The notes: generated by a model from the sequence alone, not told the origin. A stretch of 58,134 bases of DNA, filler included, from Fonticula-like sp. SCN 57-25 (GCA_001724245.1; 5 parts of 5 records of this genome joined end to end with filler, not necessarily neighbours in it), one strand, 5' to 3'. Counted from the whole stretch's first letter, positions 1-13,009 are shown. Numbers and translations are program-made.

Positions 1-3000
1 ACACCAATAAAGGCGATCAGGCGCCCCCACTTTGTTTCCATGAAACTCTCCTTCTTTTTCACAACCGCCTGGTTGCTCGCCGACGCCGCCAGGAGCGTGC
101 TGAGCTGCGCCTCGAGCGCGTCCGCGCGCAGTTTGAGCGCCGCGAGCTGCGCCGCCACGTCCGCCGGCGCCTCGACCAGCCCGTACGACGACGAGTCCGC
201 CAGCCCAGTCGCAGCCACGTGGCCACCCGACGCGCTCTTCGCCACGTTCGTCTCTACTTGGCCCGCCTGCACCTCCTCCTGCCACTCTGCGACCGGCTTG
301 TTGTTGACGACGACGAGCTGCCCGACGGGCCGCTGCGCCGCCGACGGCGCGACGGTAAAGTTGACCTGCATGCCGGCCTTGGCGTGCACGGCCACGTAGA
401 TGGCGCGCTTCGTCTTGTCATACGTGACGGTGGCGTCGGCGGGCGCGAGCGTGATGGTGGCGCCCTTGCCGTACCGGCGAAGCGGCAGCGCAATGACCGT
501 GAACGGGAACTCTTCCGTCGGGCGGCTCGTAAACGAGAGCGAAAAATGGCTCGTCGACGGCTTAAAGTCGGGCCGCGCCGTGTACGTGCCCGCCAGCTGC
601 TGAATGTGCGGCGGCGCGCCGTTCTCGCGCGCAAAGGTCTCAGAGTAGCGAACGGCCTGCGGCACCTGCTGCGCAACGAGGCGGATCACGGCGTCGGGGA
701 TCCAGCCGTTCAGCGTCGTGAGCGTAATGTCTGTGGCCACATGGGTGAGAAAGAGGAAAAGGGAGGCGAAGCAGAAATGATGGCGAGTCAGCAGAGAAAC
801 GGAGATGGAAAATTAAAGGTAATGGCAAGAAAAGATATGATGTAGCTACAAAATGATAGAGTGTCACGGAAGACGTACATGTGGCCTCGACGCGGGGGGC
901 GTCGGGGGTGCCCGCCGGGCGGAGGTGCCAGCAGATGAGCTCGTTGTTGGAGCGGACGGCCTTGGTGGGCGGGCCGACGGGGTCCTCGATCGTGCACGCG
1001 ACCAGCCACAGCGAGCCGTCGGCATCCTCGTCCCACGACTCGAGAAGAAGAGTGTCGCGGGGGGAGGCGGGGAACTGGGCAAAAAAGGAGGTTAAAAATG
1101 GGATGAAAAGGAAATGACATCACGACAACTATGACAAAATTCCAGGAAACAACACGCAAAAGTAGGAAGAACAAGACATACAAAGCACAACTCAAGCCAT
1201 AAACCAATGATGCACAACATCACCACGTACGCGGCCCTTGAACAGCGCGTAGACGATGTTTGTGCGGACAGAGAGCGTCTCCTTGAGCGCCGCATAGTCA
1301 AACAGCTCGTGCTCCCACAGCGACCGGCACGCCGAGCTCATAAGCGTCGCAAACACCTCATACGGGGTAATGTCCTGCAGAGTTCTCCTGCCCATCAGCA
1401 TGCCCATCGGATGCCCCTCGACGTCCTTTTGGTACAGCTACAATGCACAGTCAGCATTGATTATGAAAGGCGTGCCGGTCGCACCTTGGTGCCCTTGTAC
1501 TCGTCGAGCGCCTTCCAAAGCGACACATCTTCCGCAGCAAGAGCCCGCGCGCGCTTCCATAGGCGCTCCTCGGTCGCCGTGTGGCGGTGCTTGACAGTGG
1601 TCACCTGGCAGTTGGCGCGGCCGCGGGCGAGGCTGGGACGCGTCGACGCCTTGGCAGCGGCGGGATTGGCGGCAGCGGCAGCAGGTGCAGGTACTGTTGC
1701 GGGTGCAGTCGTATCCACTGAGGTCGCAGCCACTGAACCAGATGCAGACACAGCAGCAGACACCGACGCAGAAACTGCGCCGGATGCGGCAGCGGCCTCC
1801 AGGTCCTCCTTGTTGACCGTCAAAGCTACAGAAAAAAAATGGCCTTATTAGTACCATTTCAACTCATCACCGCCCCATTTGCGTACGCGCCACGTTGACC
1901 GCCGCCCCATTAACAACGACCTTGCCTGCCCCTCCCCTGCCGACCTGCGGCGCGATGACGAGGACGACCTTTGTCCCCCGCTGAAGCGCCGCGCCGCCCT
2001 CGAGGCGGATGACGTAGCCGTCGACGCCGTGCCCCGCGTAGCTCCACGCGGACGCCTCGTAGGCGGTGGCGGGCGAGACCGTGACGGTGACGCCCTGCTG
2101 GTACCGCCGCGTCGGCACAAAGATCTCGGTCGTCGTGGCGGTCGCCATCGGGTCGGCGTGGCGCCACGCGAGCATGTACTCGGAGGCGTCGTTGTCAAAC
2201 GCGTTGTCGCAGAGGACACCGGCAATGCGCGTCGAAAAGGGGAGCGGACCGTACTTGTGGATAAAGTCGCGGATCCCGACGAGGCAGAGGGGGGACTGCG
2301 AGGCAGCGTACTGGATGATCGCAGTGGGGGTCCAGCCCTTGAGGTCCAGCGTCGCAACGTACGTGCCCTAAGGGAAAAGGTTAGGAAGGCGACCAGGGGG
2401 CACAAGTTGACAGGACATGAGAATAATGTGCAACACCAAACCAGTCATAATACAAGGACGCTCACGATAAATTACCATTAATACCACGATTTCCCACAAA
2501 AACATGGCAATTAACGCCATTTAACGCATCCCGCCACTTTTCACTAAAATTAAACAACTGCACAAATACGCACCTTGCACTTGAAGGCGTCGCCGTGCAG
2601 CACCGCCTCCAGCGACATGCCGCTGGCCTGCAACTCGGCCCTCACCCTGCCGCTCGTCTCGGGCGCCGCCGGGTGCACGACCGACTTGGCGGCCTGCAGG
2701 ATGCGCCCATCGTCCTCAAACTCAATGCGCGACACGACCGCCATGTCGCGGCTCGAGAACGTCAGCTTGCTCTTGGTGATCATGTGCCCGATATTCGTCA
2801 CGGGATCGATCGACCTAAGAGAAAAGCGACGATTTAGTGCCATTGGAAGCACGGGGCACGTGCTATGGCAGCGCGCGCTTCATTAATAAAAAGCGGATGC
2901 GTACTGGAGGAGCGAGCCAGAGTCCATGTTGGGATCCCACACCTTGCGGGCGCCGAATGGGAGCGACGCGGCGAGCACGTACGCCGGGTGGACGTCCAGC

Positions 3001-3316
3001 ACGATGTCGCCGCGGCACGACGCCGCCGAGCCGCCGTGAAGCTTGACCCAGGTGCGCATACCGTTCACCTCCTTGTAATCGCCGAGATCGCTCGTCATCA
3101 GGGCCTATGGGCGCGGATCAGCGCACTGCGGGGCCATGGCGACCAACAAAAGCATACCGATACGGCAGAGATGGCCTCGCGCGTTTCGCGCATGTAGGGG
3201 CGGTCGCTGGGAAAATCGTTAAAGCGCTGCTTGCGCATCTTTAGCGCCGCCAGCTGAGCCGGGTGGACATTCTTGACGAGAGGGACGAGAAAGTCGGGCA
3301 CAATCTCGGGCTCCAT
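1..3316 (-). CDS. Multi-exon tandem START-domain (StARkin) lipid-transfer protein: two [START + beta-rich domain] modules, coiled coil, probable C-terminal membrane anchor; 3' end runs off the window
   Basis: Spliced translation gives two START-like segments (RKVWDPNM...FSSRDMAVVSRIEFEDDGRILQAAKSVVHP...GRVRAEL...LDLKGWTP; RSLWEHEL...RDTLLLESWDEDADGSLWLVACTIEDP...LNGWIP). A 61-bp intron at 1826-1886 (GTACGC...TACTAAT...TGTAG) joins the halves in frame. Ends ...KWGRLIAFIG at the window edge. Confidence 0.75.
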
Positions 3317-3348
3317 GGTGAGGTGGTCCGGGGCGCGTGTCAGGCCGG

Positions 3349-3379
3349 TCACGTGATAAAGTGATGTTTAGTCACGTGA
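3349..3379. promoter_or_regulatory. Bidirectional promoter with two TCACGTGA E-boxes, and CCAAT nearby
   Basis: GTCACGTGAT occurs twice (cores 3349-3356 and 3372-3379) in the ~130-bp gap between divergent ATGs at 3316 and 3449. Confidence 0.55.
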
Positions 3380-3448
3380 TATTAAACTGTTGTTCTAGCC
3401 AATCACGAAGCGATTCTCTCTCCGGATTGGGAACGACCGTCGGGGGCG

Positions 3449-4518
3449 ATGATGGCGGCGTTGCGGTGGGCAGCGCTCGCGCTCGTACTATTTTCGCCGC
3501 TTGTTTGGGCAGAAAGGGGAGAACAAGTCTTTATTACTGAATACTATCAGTGCGCATGCAGCGTATTGTTTTTCTTGCCTCTGATCCATTTGTTTGTGCA
3601 GGGATTGCAGCCTGCGCCCTGGTATGCCCGGCTATGATCGAAAACTGAACGAGGTCCACGTCTCGATCGTTTTCGTTCTCGATGCGTTTGTTGAACTGGC
3701 CGGCATATTTATGCTTACTATTACCGACCCAGAATCGACTGTTGTGCGTCTCTTTTGATTACTTGCTCATTTGTTAAACATTCGCGTTTTGCTCGCCCTA
3801 CAGGAATACGAAAATACCGTCGACCAGGGCGGCGTTGGCGAGAACGGCTCGGAGCTTCGCCAGTTCACGTACCTTTTCTATAATACTGTCAACACCGAAT
3901 CGGTGTCGGGTAACTACGTACTCCATTACGAGACAGCGTGCAAGGTCCCGGACACCTGCTCCGGTATCGACGTCGGCCCGGGCCTCTTCTCTTTTGACAT
4001 TGCCGCGTCCGTCTGCCCGACCGCGATCAGCGCGACCACGGTGCGCCGATCTGATCCCCTTTAACACATTTTTCATGTTTCATTGCTGATCTGTGAGATA
4101 ACGCCAGACGTGCTCCGCCAATGTCCAGTATGGCGTCGACGATGGTGCTGAAGGCGAGTACCTCGTGAGCGCCCTCGCCTCGACGGAGACGGCGGCGATC
4201 CGCCCGAACATTATCTGCGAAAACATTGGGGTCATGGACGCTTCGGTTATTGACTTCTCCTTCAAGACGGCGGGAGGTACGCCGGTCGAGATCGTCTCCG
4301 ACGGAATAACGCTTGACCCCCACGACTCGGTGGGTGGGGAGCACATTGATGTCGGCGCTGTCGTCGACGAGTTTGCCTTGCAAATGTACGTTGCTCTCTC
4401 GATATGCGCGAATGCACTGACTGACGGGTTGTGTGTCAGGAGTCCCGAGACAACCTACGACTATGATGTGGAAGTCGCGGCTATGATCGACATTTCCCTC
4501 CCTCAGGGCCCAGAATAG
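3449..4518 (+). CDS. Secreted, acidic, beta-rich, Cys-containing protein of unknown function (multi-exon)
   Basis: Signal peptide MAALRWAALALVLFSPLVWA. Exons join through short GTGCG...CAG introns to the stop at 4516-4518 (PQGPE*). No family recognised. Confidence 0.6.
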
Positions 4519-4966
4519 GGGCGCATGGATGCGAACAAAGTACCTTGTGCGTGTGCATTTTCATAGTTCTTTGCTGCAACTGGTTATGTTTATTTGTCGG
4601 TTCCTGTTTGCAGGTTTGAGGTTTATTCGTCTCGTTGTGTTTCTTTCTGTCCATTTCCGTCGTTCATATGTCGTATGTTGTACATTTGCCGCAAACAGTT
4701 GCACAATAATGCATTTGGTTTATATTCGTCCTCATTAGAATACGCCAAGAGCCGCGCGCTTGCTTCTCGTTCTTTGCGCAAACCATATACCCCACAATAG
4801 CCTTCTATTTGGTAGGTCATGAGGAATCAGTTTCAATCACGAATTATGACCGATTCCTCTCGCACAAATGCCTACGCTAAATCGGTGTATTTACAACAAT
4901 GATACAACGCGCCTAAAAACATATTTACCAGGATAAAGTACAACACTAAAGTACAACACACCGTCG

Positions 4967-6894
4967 TCACTCGTCTTCATCCTTTTTAGGGACCGCCCTT
5001 GGCGGCTCCTTCCACTTGTTCTGCACCCTGAGCACGCTCTGCAGCTCGCTCATGAGCGCCGTCGCGTAATCGTTCGCCTCCTCCTCCTCCGCTTCGCGCT
5101 GCCGCTTCTCCTTCATCAGCCGGATGCGCTCCTCGCGCGGCAGCAGCGGCCCACGCGTACGCCGCCAGTCCTCTGCCTCGACCGCGCCCTCAAACACCTG
5201 CTCTTCGCCCGCCGGGTCGGCTTCTTCTTGGTCTTCAGGGAGAAGAGCGGCGCCGTCGCCGTCCTCAAGCACAGGCGCCGTATCGCGTGGCTCGTTAACG
5301 TGCAAAGACGCGCGTGCGTCATTGGCTGCCTCGCGCCGCCTCTGTGCCGCTCCGACGCCCGACGCCTCTTCCTCCTCTGCTGCGGCGCACGCAAGCTCGA
5401 GCTGCTCGCATACGCGCAGAATGTCTGCAACGGCCTCGCGCACGTTCGACGCCTGGTCGCGTAACGCCGTCGGGCGCGCAGCGGGCGTCTCGTCGGCGAA
5501 TGTCTGGTAGCGCCATGCGGCTGACAAAAGCGCGGCGTTGAGTGCGCGGTGCTGCGCGGCGAGGCGGCGCGCGGCGGGCGGGGCGGAAGGCGCAGTAGGC
5601 GCGGCGGGAGCGGCGGCCGCGCGCGTGCAGCCATCAAGGCGGCGGCGGCGAGCGGACGCGGCGGCGCGGGCGTCGCTCATGAAAAGCGTGAGCGAGGCGA
5701 GGCGAAAGAGGGAGAGGCCGGCGGGCAGCGGGAGCGACTGCAGCGCATGAGCGAGAGTGGCGCGCTGGGAGGTGGCAAGAAGGAGCGCGCTGCGAAGGGA
5801 AAGGAGCGAAAGGGCGTCCGGGGAGGCATCGGGGTCGTCGCCGGAAAGTGAACGGATGGCGTGCTCGAGTCCAACTTTTATCTTGGTATTGCTGGAACTG
5901 ATGCTGAAAGAGAAAAGGGTGGTGAAAAAGGTAAAATATGTAAAAATGTTGTTGGTATTATCGTTGCCACTGTTGCTGTTAATGCCATTCGTGCTACTGT
6001 CACTTCCATCGAGCTTGTCTACCATTCCAGCGTGACTGTCACCACAGCCCCAAAGAATGGAAAATAGCCTACTAAGGCTGTAAAAGCTCCCGCCGCCAAA
6101 GGGCCCCGCGCTAGCATCCACAATGGATGCCACCGTGACCACATGGTCACTGAGTGCGCTGATGCTAGATCTGAGCGCTTCGCGGAGGACGACGAGTCGC
6201 CTTTGGCGGTCGCGGCGGTCAACCCGCGCGATGCTCGCGACCGACGCACCGACAAAGAAGCCGTGCGACGCAAGCTCACTCTCCGAGACAAGTCGCAGCG
6301 CGCGGCTGCATGCGTGCTCGTCGAGCCCGTGCTGTAGCGCGTGGAGCTCGGCCGCATCAACGAGCGCCTCGACCAGCAGGCGACGGAGGCGGGCGTACTG
6401 CGCGGCAGGTTAGCCAACGGCGTCAGCGCGCGGTGGCGGCGGCGTACGAGGTATGCAGCAAGCAGGCAGAAAAGTAGGGCGGATAGGGCGGGCGATGAGG
6501 TGGCCATGGCGGCGGCAAACAGCGCAACCAGGGCGTGGCAGTCTGCCGTGGACCACACTATAGCGCAATCGCGGGCGGCGATTGAAAGGGCGAGGGACCG
6601 ACAGCGGCGCTTCATCGCCCGCGCATTCGTCACGCGCTCGCTTTCCATGTCAAATCCCGAGGCGGATACTCGGTCAAAGTACTCGTTAATGACGCTGCGA
6701 GGGGTGGGCACCTGCGGCGGCAATTCGACGACCGGCTCCGGGCGATGATCGCCGACGGCCGCAAGGACCGGCGCGTTTTCGCCCATCGCCTCTGGTGACA
6801 TCGTTAGCACACAACGTGTTCGGTCAAAAGGACGGCGCGCACCCAGCAGGTAGTCGCCGAGGGGCGTCCCGGCAAACACCAGGACATCGGCCAT
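4967..6894 (-). CDS. VEZT: Vezatin homolog
   Basis: N-terminus MADVLVFAGTPLGDYL resembles vezatin EVVFENSPLYQYL. A hydrophobic TM region follows. After a 50-bp intron comes SRALRLVSESELASHGF (vezatin RKALRLIQETEVISRGF). The C-terminal PREERIRLMKEKR...LMSELQSVL resembles fungal vezatin tails. Confidence 0.75.
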
Positions 6895-6993
6895 GCCCGC
6901 TCAGCAGCCACAATGGGGTGTCACTGTCTAATCACGTGATGCTGACATGCAAACTAGTCAGATTGCATATCGTCCACGCGGTGGTGGTGAAGG
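6895..6993. promoter_or_regulatory. 99-bp bidirectional promoter (vezatin / UTP20) with palindromic E-box ATCACGTGAT
   Basis: Divergent ATGs at 6894 and 6994; ATCACGTGAT at 6931-6940. Confidence 0.55.
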
Positions 6994-9900
6994 ATGTCGG
7001 CCGTGGGGTCGCGTCCAAAGGACCTCAACTACGATGACGAGGTAGAGAACCAACGGTTCAAGGTGCGTGCTCTGCCATTCATGGTGTATGTACCATGCTC
7101 ACTGCGTATCTCCAGTATATACCGTTCTCTGCTCGTATCACCAAGATCAATGTGGGCAATGTCGTGCGCTCGGCGCAGTTGACAGACGACTTGAGCGAGC
7201 GTGACTGCTTCCTGCGCATCAAGCTGAATGACTGGCGCGAGTTGAACCTGACGGCGCCGTTTGTCCGCTTTGCGGACGAACTGAGCCCGCTTGTCCAGAC
7301 GCTTCCTCTCTTGGTGTTTCACCGGGAAGCCGTGGTCGACATTTTTGTAAAGGCCATCGACGCCAAGGAGATGCTTGCCGTCCAGCCCCTCCTTGATCTC
7401 GTCGGCGTCCTTGCGCAGGACCTTCAGGACGAAGCCTATGCGGTGATGCCGCGGCTAATGCGCTCCATCTTTCCTCTCCTTAATCTCCCCGACACTGAGG
7501 TCATTGAGGTATGCGCCGCACCACTGTTTTCACAGACCGGAGCTAACCCTTGCGCGACTCTCAGTATGTATTTTTTTGCTTGACGCTTTGTTTCAAGTTT
7601 CTTTCTCGTCACTTTGGCGCGCATATCATTGAGACCTTTGATCTTGTCCTCCCTCTCCTGGGCTCCTCCTACAAGGACTATGTGCGCCACTTTGCGGCCG
7701 AGAGCTTTGCGTACCTCGTGCGCAAGGTGCGGGTCGCCGACCTTTCTCCCCTCGCGTCGCACATGCTGGACGCCGCGCGCGTGGGCGACGCGACGGTCCG
7801 CACATCGGTCGCCTTTGTGTGGTTTGAGACGATGAAGGGCGTGCAGGGCGCGTTTCACTCGCGCGCGGCCGACGTGGCCGCCGCCTTCCAGTCGGAGAGC
7901 CTGAACGCCGTCGGCCGCGACGGTGACGATGACACCCCGTCGGCCGCCGCGCTTGTGCTGCGCGACTGCATGACGCTGTGTGCTGCGCATGCTGCCGCGG
8001 GCGTAGCGACGCCCGTGCCGCTGTCGCTCGTTCTGGACGAAGTTGTGCGCACGCACTGGACTCCCGCGCAGATGAACGCGCTGCTCGGCGCGCTTGCCGC
8101 GTGGACGAACAGCCGCCACGCGAGCCGCATCCCGGCGCCCGACGCCGTTTGGCAGCGCCTCGATGAGCGCTTTGCGGCCGCCGACCATTCGTGCGACGAC
8201 GCGCTTGCTTTTGTACTGGTAGGGCTGCTTCGCGCCCACGCAGAGAGCCTGCCTGCCGACCTGCCGCTGCTTACTGCGATGGCGGGGCGGTCGCCGCGCG
8301 CGGCGATGTCGCTCGTCGGCGCGCTGCTGGTGGACACCAAGCCGGCTGCGATGGCGCGCGTAACGCCAGTCACTGTTGCACTCGTGCGCGCGGGGCTCGC
8401 AAGCGGAGACGAGGAGAGCGTACGCCGCGCGACGCTTTTTCTCCGTGACGTTGTCTGCTCTGGCGAGTGGAGCAGCACCATCGTCGCTCAGCTCTTTGAC
8501 ACGGTGGAATCATCAACGACTGCCACGACGCAGAAGAAGAAGCACCGCCGCGCTGGCAGCACTGCAGCTGCGCCTCAGGTGCAGTCAAATCAGCAGGCGG
8601 CTCTCCCCGCCGTGTGGATCAAGGCGCTCAAGGGTGCGGCGGCCGCTGCTGGCGGCGACGAATCCGACGCCGCGTCGCTCGTAGCCTCGTCTGCGTTTGC
8701 GTCGGCCGTTCTGCGCTGTATGCTTGCTGTGGACTCTTCTCTTTTGGTCGGCGATGGCAGCAAGGCGCTGGTAGCCCTGGCTGACGCGCTTGTGTTTGCC
8801 GAGTCGTCGTTCCCCACTGGGGCGGCGTTGCTAGACACGCGCCGCACCGTGACGGGCCCGCAGCGTACGCGCCGCGGCCTGCTCGTGCAAGTGTTTGCGG
8901 TGCTGCGGCGGGTGCATAGCGCCGGTGGGTTGAACAGCCCCGTCGCCCCGTTGTCGCTGCTTGACACGCCGCTCGCGACCGACGCGGGCGTGCTGGAGGC
9001 CGTCAACGCCGATCTGTCGGCCGACGCCGCCGTCACACTGACCGACGCTCGGATGGATGCGCTGCTCAAGAGTGCGCTGTCGTATGAGGCGCCGCTTCGC
9101 GAGGCGGCCCTGCGGCTGCTGACGCGGTGCGATACGCCGCTGCGCGCCGTCGCCGAGGCGGCCCTCGACATGGAAGGCATGCCGTGCACGCTCGACACGT
9201 ACCGCGAAAAGATTATTCGGCTGACGCGCGTCGAGCCGCTCCTCTCGGCGGCGACCGACGGCTCGGCATCGTCTGAGCAGATTGCGCGGCTTGGCATCAG
9301 GCTTCTGATCAGCAACCTTACCATCAACTTTAGGCCTTTGTGGTCTGACTTTGTGCGCGCACTCGCCGCTCAGGCCGCGCTGCACACGGGCGTCTTTTGG
9401 GAGACGTTCCTCGCGGTGCTTAATGAGATGCGCGCAGCTCAGTTTGCGGGCGCGCGCGACGACAGCGAATTCCGGTCGCTTGTCTCGGTCAATGACGACG
9501 AGTCGAGCGAAGAGGATGATAGGAATAATGGGCTGGTCCCCGCCGCCGCCAAGAAGGAGAACGAGCGGCCGCACCAGCGCCGCGCGCGACTCATGTTTTC
9601 CATCGAGGACACGTCGTACCGGCGATTCTTCGAGGAGATGCGCGCGCGCCAGCGCCGCTACGGCGACGCGGCGCGCTACCTAGTTTCGGCGCTCGGTGAC
9701 GAAGTTGACTTTGCCGACGAGCCGCTCGATCACCACCACGTAGAGATCCAGCTGTGGCGCGCGCTAGAGTCGACGCCCGCGGTCGCCGAGAGGCACACGC
9801 GGCACGTCCTGCCGTTCTTTTACGACTACATGCAACGCGTCTTTGAGCTCGACGAAGGCGGCGCGCACGACGAAGAGGCTGAAAAGGACGACGCCGACGC

Positions 9901-11664
9901 CGAAGCGGGCGACGATGAAGCCGACGAGAACGACGCGGAGGCAGAGGACAAGTCTGCTGCTACGACGTCAGGAAGCGGGGTCGGCCCCGGCCGCCTTGTC
10001 ATCCTGAACAAGGCGCTCGCGATGCTGGCCGTCATTGGCAAGCTGCGCAACCCGCGCGCCGCGTACCGCGCGGACCTGCTGCAGGGTCTCCTGCTGCGCC
10101 TGTTGTGCAATGGCGATGTGCGCCTTCAGACAGCGTCCCTGGAAGGGTTGCTTGCGTGGCGCGACTCGCACGTTGTCCCGTACGAAGCAGCTCTTATGAC
10201 CATTGTCAACGACCGCCACACGCGCAACGAGATTGCCGTTTTGCTGTCGCTGCTGGCGTCGGCAGAAGAAGACGCTGCGGCGGGCGTGAGCGAGGCCGAC
10301 GAGGCGTCGCGCAACACGCTCTCGATGCGCCGCATGCAGCAACAGCAGCAGCAGCAGCGCAAGGCCGGGAAGCACGGCAAGGAGCTTGCTCGCGGAGCGC
10401 GCGACGACCGCAAGGACGACCATCGCGATAAGGAGGCGTTCTCGTTCAGCGCCACCGGCCTCCGCCGCGACGACCGCTCGGCCGTCATGTCGCTCGTGCT
10501 GCGCATTTTGTTTGGAAAGATGCACGGCCGCGTCGCCAAGGCGTCACGCTGGCCGCTCGCTTCGCGCCGCTCGACCATCGCCGCGGTCCTATACTCGTGC
10601 AACGACGACGAGCGGGCGCTTTTCTTCTCGCTCCTTCTGCGCCCGATTCTTGTTGAATCGGCCGCCGCGCCGCTCTTTGCGCCGCCGCTCTACCGGCCGA
10701 GCTCGGTGGACATGCTCGTACCGACGCTCGCGCTCGGGTCAGGTGTGCCGTCGGCTGTTCAGCGCGGTTTCCTTGCCGTGTTCGACGACGTGGTGCGGCA
10801 CACGGGCGCGCGGTGCATCCCCGTGCTCCCGCTGCTCCTCTCGGTGCTCGCGCACATTGCCCTTGGCCGCGCGTATGGACCGCAGGACACACCGTCCGAG
10901 GACCGCCTGCGTGCGATGCGGCAGAGCGGCTTGCGCCGCCTCGCGGCCGCCGTGCGCGCGTGCCCGTCATTTGACTTTGAGGAGGCACTCGCGCGCGTCG
11001 ACATTGCGTCGGGCCTCGTGGCGCCGCGCCTGGCGCTGTTCGCCACCGAGCAGACGCAGAGCACGGCCGGTCTCCTTGAGGTGCTGCTCGCCGCTGCGGC
11101 GGAGCGCTCCACGACGCTGTCTCTACTCGTGTCGGGCGCTCTGCCGGCCGAAACGCTCCCAAGCGTTCTCGCCGCGCTTTCGGCGCGCAACGTGTCGCCT
11201 GTCGTGTTTGGCGGCCTATTGACGCTCATCGAGTCGCTGCTGATACTCGTGGAGGCAGAGCAAGAGTCGGCGGATGATGAGCCGGAAGAGCAGCTGATTG
11301 GTCCGTTTGTCGCCCGCGCGGTCGTTCCTGCCATGTTGGACCACATGGTGATTGTGCTCCGCGAGCGGCTTCAGAACGGCGGCAGCGGCGTCAAGAGCAC
11401 CGAGTCCGCAAGCGTGACGCCGCTGCCCGGCGACGCCATCCCGCGCATGCTGTCTATTCTCGCGCAAGTGAGCCGCTTTGCCGTTGACCAGCACCAGGCC
11501 GTGCAGCTTGTTGAGCTGCTTGTGCCGATGATTCACGTTCGCCGCAGCGTCCCGGAACGTCTCAAGACGAGCGCTCTTCGCGTGATGGAGCGTCTCATCC
11601 CGCTGCTGCCGCTCCCTGTGGGCCAGCAGGTGCCGCCGCTCATGGCTTCGCTGGCGCCGCTTCT
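6994..11664 (+). CDS. UTP20: U3 snoRNP / SSU processome component UTP20 (HEAT repeats), 5' part; truncated at contig end
   Basis: N-terminal F..RITKINV...WRELNLTAPFVRF...QTLPLLVFHRE...PLLDLVGVLAQDL, YVRHFAAESFAYLVRK and INFRPLWS are UTP20 motifs. Two short introns lie near the 5' end. Confidence 0.9.
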
Positions 11665-11764
11665 NNNNNNNNNNNNNNNNNNNNNNNNNNNNNNNNNNNN
11701 NNNNNNNNTTAATTAATTAANNNNNNNNNNNNNNNNNNNNNNNNNNNNNNNNNNNNNNNNNNNN
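11665..11764. other. Artificial contig-joining spacer
   Basis: 44 N + TTAATTAATTAA (stops in all six frames) + 44 N. Confidence 0.97.
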
Positions 11765-13009
11765 ATTGTCCACATCCTCCTTCCAAATGTCCACCTTGCT
11801 CGAGCGGCCCTTGCTCTTTTCGCGCGAGGACGCGGCCGGCTGCGCGCTAACCGGCGCCGACAGAAGCGATGTGGAACCGTACAGGTGGTGGTGCCGGTGC
11901 CCGCCAGACTGCGGAAAGCCCGCGCGGCGCGGCGGCTGGTGGGCAGCAGGTGCTATTGTCGGTGGTAGCGGTGCAGGGGCGGCGAGCGGAGCAGGCGCGG
12001 GGGGAAACGCGGCGTCGGGGGCGGACGGCGCGACGGCCTTGGCGCTCGAGCGGCCAGATACAGTGTCCGATGCGGAGCGCAACGCTTCTGAAACGGCAGC
12101 CGGGGGTGCGCTGGATGACCAGCGGGACGGCTCGGCCGAGGCGTCGGGGATCTCCATCAGCGCCTGCGCGCCAATCATAATATTGAGCGCGGCGTTTTCC
12201 GTCGTCGAGAGGATTGCAGAAGCGGCGGCAGCCGACGGCGCAACGGCAGTCAGCGGCTTGACGGCAGAAGAGTCTTCCTTGAAAGCGGCAAGGCTCACAG
12301 ACACCGTCTCCGTCTTACGTGGTGACGACAGCAGCGGCAGCGGCACCTCGATGCCGACGGCGGCGGTCATCGGCGGCCCCATCTTGGGATCGGACAACAG
12401 CGCGGGTGCCGATGGCTGCAAAAGCATGAGCTGCTGCTGCCGCGTGCGCAGCGCCTGCGCGGCGGCAGCACCAGCGGACGCGGCAGCGGCAACGGCTTCT
12501 ATCGAGTTGAGACTCACCTGCGTCGGCAGCTGCGCCACACCCATCGCCTGCACTGAAAGCGCCCCTTCAAGAGATGCCGTGTGCCTCAATAAATGTGTCT
12601 GGAAGCCGAGCGGTGGGAAATCAGCGCCCGTGCCATCCGCATTGACCGACTCGTCGAATTCGTCGCCCGGCGCATCGGCATCGCCCGGCGAATCCTTCTT
12701 CTTGGCCTTGCGCTTCTTCTTCTTCTTGTCCGCATTCGACGACGCCTCGTTCGCTGACTCAGCCAGCGGCTCCACCGCAGCCATCCCTACATTCTCGCTT
12801 TCAACAACGACCACTGGCAGGGTGCCCGCCATGGACTCCATCTGAGCGACGTCGAGCGCCCGCTGCATTGCGGCAGCGAGATCGCCCATGAGCCTCGCTC
12901 GCTCATCGGCAAGCGATGGCACGTCCGCCTGTATTCGAAGACGGCCGTGTAGCTTTGGAGGTGGAAGTAGGTGGTCCTCCACAAACTCGACGTCGGCAGG
13001 CTGCTGCAT
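11765..13009 (-). CDS. 5' part of a low-complexity Ala/Pro/Ser-rich protein, possibly NST1-like; truncated at contig end, start uncertain
   Basis: Open frame of >400 codons with KKKKKRKAKKK and a His-rich patch, ending KVDIWKEDVDN. This order resembles the region before the NST1 'IW...EE' domain, but the diagnostic part is lost in the gap. Confidence 0.45.

Noticed and set aside
11665-11764. TTAATTAATTAA palindrome recurring four times at ~11.5-kb spacing
   Set aside because: Artificial six-frame-stop linker between concatenated contigs; not a transposon end or biological repeat.
11765-13009. Firm NST1 call
   Set aside because: Only low-complexity sequence and a short IW motif are visible before the gap.
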